The notes under the pieces are model-generated. The model did no database searches, was not told the DNA's origin, and was given only the letters and a program-made list of their open reading frames with translations. A stretch of 61,670 nt of DNA, filler included. It is 8 parts of 8 records of this genome, joined end to end, with 100 filler letters (N's around TTAATTAATTAA, not from the genome) between each part and the next. Parts side by side here need not be neighbours in the genome. Positions count along the whole stretch, not along the records: positions 48,548 to 55,033 come from SRR31147125_94487; positions 55,134 to 61,670 come from SRR31147125_94554; 6 more parts are not named here. One strand, given 5' to 3'. Made by a program: the position numbers and the translations under genes. Of this stretch, positions 53,869-61,670 are shown one piece after another; within the stretch, counting starts at the first letter, position 1, and the number at the start of each line of letters is the position of its first letter.

Positions 53869-54081
53869 TCATTTTCTTTGTGAGCGTTTCAAATTCAGCG
53901 CCCACCGATCCATCAATTTTTTTTTCTGTTTGATAAGCTCTCTTCGGCCAGCTCCTAAATACTGGAGAACTGTTCCAATATCACTATCCACATAACACGC
54001 TTCATTGATCGCTATAGCCGCTTCGCCCCTTGACTTCCCTTCGGCCCGAACAAGCACAAGATGGTTCTTGAATGCGGCCAT
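53869..54081 (-). CDS. Hypothetical protein
   Basis: Short ORF between integrase and alpA. Confidence 0.4.
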   Translation of the reverse strand: MAAFKNHLVLVRAEGKSRGEAAIAINEACYVDSDIGTVLQYLGAGRRELIKQKKKLMDRWALNLKRSQRK

Positions 54082-54094
54082 GTGGTCATTTTTT

Positions 54095-54646
54095 TTATTC
54101 TAAAGCCAAGTTCTCGACAGGCATTACGCGCCCTTTTTTTTGAGGACTGTTAATATAAGCATCCCATGCTTTTTGGTGTTTGGGTTCCAATCCTGCTAAA
54201 CGTTCTTCACAGTCACCCAACCGCTCACTACACTTATCAAGGGCAAGCCGGAGTTTTGTTCTTTCAATGTCAGCGTCTTTTACATATTCAAGAATGTCAT
54301 CAAAAAATCCCAAGTCCAATCTAGATAAATCAGGATCTTCTTTTAACTTCTTCAATTTAACAATACAGGCAGGCTCTGAATATCCAACGAAACACATCTC
54401 AAGCATAGGCAACATATCCGGTCTTTTATATTCGGGAATAAGGATTTCATCCTCTTTGTGAAAAACAGGTATTCGATAATACTCCAGTAGTGAGATCATT
54501 TCGTCTTTTATCGATTCAAAATTTGTGAATAGTTCCTCTGGTGTATTACGGTCTGTTGATTTGGCATACTTTCGGACAGCAGAGGTTAAATCATCGTAAT
54601 ACTTCGCTGCCGCTTTCCTGGCCGCCTTCTTCTTATCCATGGTCAT
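54095..54646 (-). CDS. Hypothetical protein coupled to the integrase
   Basis: ATGA overlap with the integrase stop. Confidence 0.65.
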   Translation of the reverse strand: MTMDKKKAARKAAAKYYDDLTSAVRKYAKSTDRNTPEELFTNFESIKDEMISLLEYYRIPVFHKEDEILIPEYKRPDMLPMLEMCFVGYSEPACIVKLKKLKEDPDLSRLDLGFFDDILEYVKDADIERTKLRLALDKCSERLGDCEERLAGLEPKHQKAWDAYINSPQKKGRVMPVENLALE

Positions 54647-55033
54647 TTCCCACCTCGCAGTTCATCAAGGTGGTCTGCCCACCACTGCATCATCTTGCGG
54701 CGGTCGTCCAGGTGCTCGGCGTGATTGTAGGCGGCCTTAACACTATTTTTCTCGACATGTGCCAGCTGAAGTTCAATGAGATGAGATGCCCATCCAGCTT
54801 CATGGAGAAGAGTGGATGCCATTGCCCGGAAACCGTGACCACACATCTCTTCTTTGGTAAATCCCATCCTGCGTAAACCTGCCAAGACGGTATTTTCTGA
54901 CATCGGCCTGGCGGTACTTCTGACTGACGGGAAAACATACCGCCCACTTCCGGTAAGCGGTTGAATTTCTTTTATGATATCGGCTGATTGAAACGATAGG
55001 GGGACTATGTGTGGCCGTCTCATCTTCATTTTT
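54643..55033 (-). CDS. P4-type tyrosine integrase, C-terminal part
   Basis: MK..RPH.VPLS, HGFR, QLAH, AYN...LD.RR.MMQWWAD. Confidence 0.95.
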
Positions 55034-55133
55034 NNNNNNNNNNNNNNNNNNNNNNNNNNNNNNNNNNNNNNNNNNNNTTAATTAATTAANNNNNNNNNNN
55101 NNNNNNNNNNNNNNNNNNNNNNNNNNNNNNNNN
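55034..55133. other. Artificial contig linker
   Basis: N-run with TTAATTAATTAA. Confidence 0.99.
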
Positions 55134-55238
55134 AAAAAATCATGGAAACTCTTGGAGTGGTTTGCTACTTTCGGGCAGTTGTGAATATTAAGCCAATTTC
55201 GAAGGAATATTTTGGCCTCATTTTCGTTATAATGATAA

Positions 55239-55254
55239 AGTGACGTAGATCACA
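55239..55254. promoter_or_regulatory. CRP/FNR-family binding site candidate
   Basis: AGTGA-cgtaga-TCACA, a 9/10 match to TGTGA-N6-TCACA. Confidence 0.5.
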
Positions 55255-55573
55255 AAACATTGTTACATTTTATTTTTATAAGTAATTATATTTAGTAGAT
55301 TAATAAAATCTGAAAGGGATTTCTGATACAAAAAGGAATTGTGATCCGTGGGATTGAGCTGCTGAATTAACGTTGTGGACGTTATTTCAGCATTATTGTT
55401 AGGCATCTTGTTTTTGAAATATGGCTTTTAAGCTATATTATCCTCTTTAGCACTGATAATATATTAACATACATCGAAGCTATAAAATATTCCCATTTCT
55501 GTAAAGCATCTTAGAAGATTGGCACCAGGTTGTACAGCTTTATTAAACAACAAGAACACCGAGAATAGTTGTT

Positions 55574-56488
55574 ATGACAAGATACCAATTTTTGCCAGAA
55601 GGTAAAAGAGTTGAGGCTCAGGAGAACGAGACCATTTACCAGGCAAGTTTGCGAACTCCTGTTCCTTTAACGTATGCTTGTGGTGGGAAGGGGCGGTGTT
55701 CGACCTGTCGGGTTCGGATTATGAAGGGCCTGGAACACTGCACGCCGCGTACCGAATCTGAACAAGAGATAGCCAAACAAATGGATTTTAAATCCGATGT
55801 CCGTCTGGCCTGCCAAACCAGAGCGACAGGTTTCGTTGAGGTTCAGCGGCTTGTAGGTGAGGATGAAAATTCCGATTTGAGAAGTCTTTATATCAAGGAT
55901 TCCATATCGGGTCTGGCTGGCATTGAAAAGCATGTCTTTATTCTTTTTGCGGATATCCGCGGATTTACTTCCTTTGCAGAATCTCTATTACCTTATGACG
56001 TTATTCATCTTTTGAACCGATATTTTTATATAATGGGTAAGGTGATCGCTGAGTATGGCGGGTATATTGATAATTATATGGGGGATGGACTGATGGCCCT
56101 CTTTGAAGCGGATGAACCGAAAGAGGGAGCTGTTCGTGCCGTAAATGCGGGTCTTGGCATGTTGGAAGCTGTCAATAAACTGGTTCAGCCCTATTCTCAA
56201 CAACTGTGGGGTAACAGCTTTCAGATTGGTATTGGTCTGCATTACGGCCTGGTAGTTGCCGGTACTGTTGGAGATTCTCACAATAAAAGATCGACCGTTA
56301 TCGGCGATGCCGTTAATTTTGCCAGTCGTATTGAATCAGCCAATAAAAAAGCTGGAACACGCTTCCTTATCTCCGAAGATGCTCATTCACTCGTGAGTGA
56401 ACGTATAACAGGCGATAAAATAATTCGTCTGGAGCTGGCTGGAAAAACCGGGAAATATACGCTACATGAAGTAACCGGGTTGGTGTGA
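55574..56488 (+). CDS. 2Fe-2S ferredoxin-class III adenylate/guanylate cyclase
   Basis: CGG.G.CSTC...RLAC; LFADIRGFT, GDG.MA.F, GIGLH.G, IGDAVN.ASR. Confidence 0.93.
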   Translation: MTRYQFLPEGKRVEAQENETIYQASLRTPVPLTYACGGKGRCSTCRVRIMKGLEHCTPRTESEQEIAKQMDFKSDVRLACQTRATGFVEVQRLVGEDENSDLRSLYIKDSISGLAGIEKHVFILFADIRGFTSFAESLLPYDVIHLLNRYFYIMGKVIAEYGGYIDNYMGDGLMALFEADEPKEGAVRAVNAGLGMLEAVNKLVQPYSQQLWGNSFQIGIGLHYGLVVAGTVGDSHNKRSTVIGDAVNFASRIESANKKAGTRFLISEDAHSLVSERITGDKIIRLELAGKTGKYTLHEVTGLV

Positions 56489-56652
56489 CTTGCAAAAAAC
56501 TGGTGTACCTTGAAAAACGTGACTATAATCTAATTTAATGTGAATTACTCTTTTTTATGACGTAACGAATTCCTAACTTTCCCTCAAAATACTCTTTTTC
56601 CTTCTATTTTATTCTACGCGGGTTTAATGTCTTATTTTGAAATGAGGTGTAT

Positions 56653-57697
56653 AATGTCTCTTTTATCAAGACGAAAGTTTATTGAATTAGGCAGCAATTA
56701 TGCAGCCCATATTTTTGCCGGGTGTGCGCTCCTGAACATGACGCACTGCCAAAAACAAAGTGCGTCATCCTTTCGGGGCAAAATTGTAACTGTTTTAGGA
56801 CCCATAGAGCCTGCAGATTTGGGACCTACTTTGCCCCATGAACATGTCATGGTTGATTTTATCGGAGCTGATAAAGTTGGTAAACATCGCTATGATGCTG
56901 AACAGGTCTATTTGACCATGCTACCTTATCTGCAAAAGGTGGCTGATCAACAGGTGTCAGGATTTATTGATTGTACTCCTATGTTTCTGGGACGGGATCC
57001 GGAGATTTTAGCCAGACTTGCCCGAGCAACTGGTTTGCACATTTTAACAAATACAGGCATGTATAAAGAACCTTATTTGCCTCAATATGCGTTTGACCTT
57101 TCTGCCGATGAATTAGCAAGGCAATGGATCAATGAAATTGAACAGGGAATTGAGGGCACGAATATTCATGCAGGATTTATAAAAATAGCTGTTCATAAAG
57201 AAGACCTCAAACCCATACAGCAAAAGATTGTCAAAGCCGCCTGCCGTACACATAAAAAAACGGGCGCTACGATTGCTTGTCATTGTGGATTTGGTCCTGC
57301 TGCCATGCAGATGCTGGATATTCTCGCTGAAGAGAGCGTTCCGGCTGATGCTCTTATTATTGTTCATGCTCAGTCTGAAAAGGATATGTCGTACCATTTT
57401 CAATTAGCAGAGATGGGAGCCTGGCTGGAATATGATAATATCGGTGGCTGGCCGGTTGAACAACACATCCAGCTCATTGATACCATGCTCGATAAAGGAT
57501 ATGCTGAAAAGATTCTTTTATCCATGGATCGGGGTTGGTATAGGGTAGGGGAACAGGGAGGCGGTAAAATAAAGCCATATACTTTTCTTTTCGACGAGTT
57601 TATTGCTGCTTTGTCCCGGGCAGGCTATAATAACTCTGTTATTGATCTTTTAACAATCAAAAATCCTGCTTTGGCTTTTCAATTTGATACCCTCTGA
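56653..57697 (+). CDS. Phosphotriesterase-family amidohydrolase with a Tat-like signal
   Basis: SRRKF; HEH, GFIK, H, H, D metal ligands. Confidence 0.9.
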
Positions 57698-58130
57698 TTA
57701 AAGTCATTTGAAAAATGTGACCATTTAAATCCAGCTATTCTTCATTGTTTTAGGAATCCTGTTGTCCTCTTGCAAGCAATTTTATATTGTCAATTCACTA
57801 TTACTATAGAATTTATTATCTGGTTTATACGTTTTAATGAATATCCGATTAATTCTTGCGATCCGCCAGCACACGACGCTCTATCTTTTATCAACTCATC
57901 CCTGAAGATATTCAAGCAATCCGTTTCTGATGAAAAGTCTAACGGATCCTGATTTTAACAATTATTAAATTAGGTGCTGTTTTATTGTTAAAATTGAGAG
58001 TGACAACTGGCTGCATATGACGGATTTCGATGGCTTTTATTTTATAACAGCTGAAACACACGTTCTCTGGTAGGCGGATAGAACCGATATTTTTTTCTAC
58101 AGCACCCTTGCAAAAAATGGAGATAATCCC

Positions 58131-59231
58131 ATGAAAGCTGTATGTGTTATTCCTGGCAGAAAAAATTCTATTCATTTGCGTGATGTTCCCATGCCGGAGA
58201 TCAGTGATATTATTGATGGCCGGGGCGTTCTCGTCAAAGTCTTAAGCGTCGGTGTGGATGGTACGGATAAAGAAATTAATGCTGCTGAGTATGGGGCGGC
58301 TCCAGCGGGTGATGAATACTTGATAATCGGCCATGAATCATTTGGAATCGTTGAAAAAGTAGGAGCCAATGTCACTGAATTGCAGCCTGGTGATTATGTC
58401 GTGGCGACAGTGCGACGCCCCGGCCATTCTTTATATGATCAAATAGGCACCTATGATATGACCACTGATGACGTGTACTATGAACGTGGTATTAACTTGC
58501 GTCACGGATTTTTAACAGAATATTACGTGGATGAACCAGAGTTTATTATCAAAGTGCCGCAAGGATTAAAACATGTCGGTGTTTTACTCGAGCCAACGAG
58601 TGTTATTGAAAAAGGAATTGCTCAGGCTTTTGAAATTCAACGGCGGTTATTTGTGTGGCGACCAAAAAATGTTGCTGTTCTTGGAGCTGGTACAATCGGA
58701 TTATTAGCTACATTGGCTTTAAGACTACGGGGATTACACGTCTGCACCTTTGGTTTGACCAGACCTCCTTACCTGAATTCAAATCTTATCCAGGAACTTG
58801 GGGGTTGTTACCATAGTACATTGGATATCTCTCTTACAGAATCCGCTCAAAAACATGGGCCATTTGATTTGATTTTCGAGGCTACAGGGTATTCACCTCT
58901 GGCGTTTGAGGCCATGAACGTGCTTGGTAAAAATGGAGTCATTGTTCTTTCCAGTGTGACTGGAGGAGGTCGTAATATTGAGGTTCCTGTCGATAAAATT
59001 AATCTGGGATTTGTGCTTGGAAACAAGGTAATGGTGGGTACAGTGAATGCGAATCGTAATTACTTTGAAATGGGTATCAAAGATATGTCGCAGGCAGAGT
59101 TACAGTATCCAGGATGGCTATCCAAATTACTAACTCACCCGGTTAAGGGGCTTTTGAATTATCAGGATATGATCAGTTTACTTACAAAAACAAAAGGTGC
59201 CATTAAAATTTATGTGATCGTCAGTAAATGA
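58131..59231 (+). CDS. Zn-dependent glucose 1-dehydrogenase (MDR family)
   Basis: GVDGTD, GHE, VRRP, ERGI...HG, EP, GAG.IG, G.VNA. Confidence 0.85.
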   Translation: MKAVCVIPGRKNSIHLRDVPMPEISDIIDGRGVLVKVLSVGVDGTDKEINAAEYGAAPAGDEYLIIGHESFGIVEKVGANVTELQPGDYVVATVRRPGHSLYDQIGTYDMTTDDVYYERGINLRHGFLTEYYVDEPEFIIKVPQGLKHVGVLLEPTSVIEKGIAQAFEIQRRLFVWRPKNVAVLGAGTIGLLATLALRLRGLHVCTFGLTRPPYLNSNLIQELGGCYHSTLDISLTESAQKHGPFDLIFEATGYSPLAFEAMNVLGKNGVIVLSSVTGGGRNIEVPVDKINLGFVLGNKVMVGTVNANRNYFEMGIKDMSQAELQYPGWLSKLLTHPVKGLLNYQDMISLLTKTKGAIKIYVIVSK

Positions 59232-59262
59232 TGATGTGATAAAATTTTCTCCTTTTTAAAAG

Positions 59263-59748
59263 TTACCAAAGTGTTGAGTCAAGCTCCTTTGTAAAGGAAC
59301 CGACTATTGGTTTTGCTAATCTTATAAAGTCATCAATAGAAACTCTAATGGTTTCTTCCAGGGTACCTGCCTTAAAAAAAACGTTTTTTTGATTTAAAAA
59401 TATCATCGAACAATAGACCTGCATATCAAATAGATTACCTAAAATGGGTATGGCTCCCTTGTCACAATCCGGAAACAATTTTTCACATTCTTTCTCGGTC
59501 ACGAATTTTATTGTTTTTGCTCCAAGTAAATTCTTCATTCGATCGAAATCTATTTTTTCCATATTATTACATACCATCATTGCGTAATGACCATCAATAT
59601 TTAATATGACAGCTCTGGCAATGTTAGAGGAATTATGACGTTCTTTTTTGGCAAGGTCATGTGAATTGGTTGAGTCAGAGCGAGGGAAGGTCATGTAATC
59701 AACACTGCGTTCATGAAGATAATTTTCGAGTTTCGCAGATACTGACAT
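59263..59748 (-). CDS. YbaK/ProX-like aminoacyl-tRNA editing domain protein
   Basis: FPDC..GAIP..G, F.AG....I. Confidence 0.75.
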   Translation of the reverse strand: MSVSAKLENYLHERSVDYMTFPRSDSTNSHDLAKKERHNSSNIARAVILNIDGHYAMMVCNNMEKIDFDRMKNLLGAKTIKFVTEKECEKLFPDCDKGAIPILGNLFDMQVYCSMIFLNQKNVFFKAGTLEETIRVSIDDFIRLAKPIVGSFTKELDSTLW

Positions 59749-60373
59749 GGTTAACCTCATAATTTGTCATATAGTTTTAAATAGATATTTAATTACAGAT
59801 TGAATGCCTTTTTTTTCTGTTTGATTGTATTATACGAACGCGAGCTATTTCCGATATGATCAAGTTAACTTTTTATTCTTTATTGTGAATAATGACACTT
59901 TTAAACGTTATAAACTCTCTCAAATTTAATTTGTATTAAAAAATCCTCCCATTTTCCCTTTATACCCACACATTGATACCATACTGTTTAATATGATTGA
60001 GTCGAACAAGACAGATTTAAACGATGAGACAGCTCTTGGGGTTTTTCAATAATTTGAACAATGATGATTGATCGAAAATTCCTTTAATATAATATGATTA
60101 GTTTGAGTGTATTTTGACTTTATTAGCATGTTCGAATATATAATATTGATAAAAAGAGTTTATAAATTGATTTTAAAAGACTGATCATTTGACCATCTTT
60201 ATGAATGCAACCTCTTTTTCGCATATATTGGAAAAGTCCGGTTAATAATAATTTGCATTATAGTGCAGAAATAAAATATTATACACGAAAAAAAGTTTAG
60301 GCTTGACTGGTAATATTTAAGATATTATTTTGCAAAATTGAATCGCAAGATAATATAATTTAAAAGGTAAGAT

Positions 60374-61515
60374 ATGGCAGAGAAAAAAATGGGACCAGTC
60401 GTAGAAATTTTTTACGCAATAGTGTGCTAACCGCTATGAGCGCAGGGATTGTGTCAACTGTCAGGGGTGAGACAAAAAACAAGGATAATAAAGACACAAT
60501 GAATATCCTTAATTATAATTCCGAAATGCGATATCGACAACTTGGAAATACCGATATTTATTTTTCAGCGATCAGTCTGGGTGGCCTGGGTGCCGTAGAG
60601 TCTGTACATCATTACGCTATCGAACGAGGTGTCAATCTTGTCCATATGGCCAAGTCATATAATGGTGGGCAATCAATTGAAATCCTGGGAAAAGTTTTAA
60701 AGCAAAAACGGGACAAGGTTTACGTGGCTGTTAAAGATAATTTTGATGATATCGATCATATATTACGTGTTTTAAATACAGACTATATTGATTTCCTTAT
60801 GTTTAGCCGGCATGCTTCTTCGGATGTTAATGATCCTGAAATTCTCGAGCGTTTTGAAAAGTACAAAAGTCAGGGCAAAGTTCGTTTTATGGGGCTTACG
60901 TCTCATAAGCAGGTTAAAGAATGTGTGGATATGGGCATAAAAAGTGACATGTATTCACTTATTATGCCTGTATTAAATCAACCATCTCTTGAATCCATGA
61001 CTGAAGAAATGAGAAATGCCCAAAACAAAGGCATTGGTATCATGGCAATGAAAACAATGAAAGGCATTAAAGATCCGGCACTGGAGGTTGCCTATCTTAA
61101 AAAAGTTTTACAAAATCCTGCTGTGACAACCGTGAATAAGGGTATACATTCCTTTGATGTTTTTGATACATACCTCAAAGCCACGCAGGAAGCCCTGTCT
61201 GTAAATGAGGATTTTTCCTTATATCGCTATGCACAAAATAATCGTTCAAATAACTGCATGATGTGTAGTGAATGTGAAAAAGTTTGTCCTTTGAATATCG
61301 AAATATCCACGATGCTTCGCTGCAAGGATTACTATTACGAGCAGATGAATGATGTTCAAACAGCGCAAATGACCTTTAAAAGTGTCTCAAGTGATAAATT
61401 GCAGCCCGAATATTGTACTCTGTGCAAAAAATGTGAAAAGAATTGTCCGAATGCCATAAATATTGTTGAGAGATTGGGTGCCGCACAGAAACTTTTTCGT
61501 TCTTTAGATTGTTAA
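60374..61515 (+). CDS. Aldo/keto reductase with C-terminal Fe-S motifs and a Tat-like N-terminus (frameshift at A7 60383-60389)
   Basis: YR.LG.T, G.VRF.G...H, AMK, CMMCSECEKVCP and CTLCKKCEKNCP; in-frame upstream SRRNFL. Confidence 0.88.
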
Positions 61516-61670
61516 TGTGTTTTGGAATAGAATAAAGATTTAGACTATAATCCGGTATCGTTGGTAAACCTGGCTTTACCGGATTTCTATTTTTATGTGT
61601 TTTACTATCTTCAAGTGAAACCATTTTATCAGAAAAAGTAATTAAAAAGACATTGAATTTTCCCCAAAAA

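Larger units (their letters stand above)
48548..55033 (-). mobile_element. Phage satellite / PICI- or P4-like integrative element (partial)
   Basis: Co-oriented integrase, AlpA, primase-helicase, iteron region and Rha. Confidence 0.8.

Noticed and set aside
55360-55405. Hairpin followed by GTTAGGC as an integron attC site
   Set aside because: No matching RYYYAAC at a suitable distance, no cassette array and no integrase

Overview
This window is not one locus. It is eight unrelated contigs joined by artificial 100-nt N-linkers carrying TTAATTAATTAA (7726-7825, 13264-13363, 27716-27815, 35873-35972, 42405-42504, 48448-48547, 55034-55133). C1 (1-7725, Desulfobacterota-like): GNAT, DUF1848, a tetrahaem cytochrome c3/MetV-like/NarI-like/Fe-S cluster and the 3' part of a PfaA-like PKS. 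C2 (AT-rich, Clostridia-like): trpS, a phosphoesterase, an RlmL-like methylase, hslUV and trmFO. C3 (GC-rich, 13364-27715): an uncharacterised envelope cluster. It contains a FliA/WhiG-like sigma, a zinc-finger anti-sigma, a membrane-anchored ATPase-less Lon protease, several paralogous exported proteins (two of which, like the Lon-type protein, end in GF[DE]), PBP1B, DdpX, OmpA and a PEGA-caspase. C4: SPOR, gmhB, recD2, DUF1178, SH3, nadB and OmpA. C5: Mrp/Nuo antiporter subunits and the end of typA. C6 (Clostridia-like): hpf, a UvrD/PcrA helicase and an AT-rich insert encoding an apparent methyltransferase-dGTPase fusion, a candidate defence gene. C7: a PICI/P4-like satellite with integrase, AlpA, primase-helicase, an iteron origin and Rha. 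C8: a ferredoxin-adenylate cyclase, a phosphotriesterase, a glucose dehydrogenase, YbaK and an aldo-keto reductase. Many genes are split by single-base indels in homopolymers, most likely sequencing errors. All family calls come from motif recognition by eye; no database search was run.
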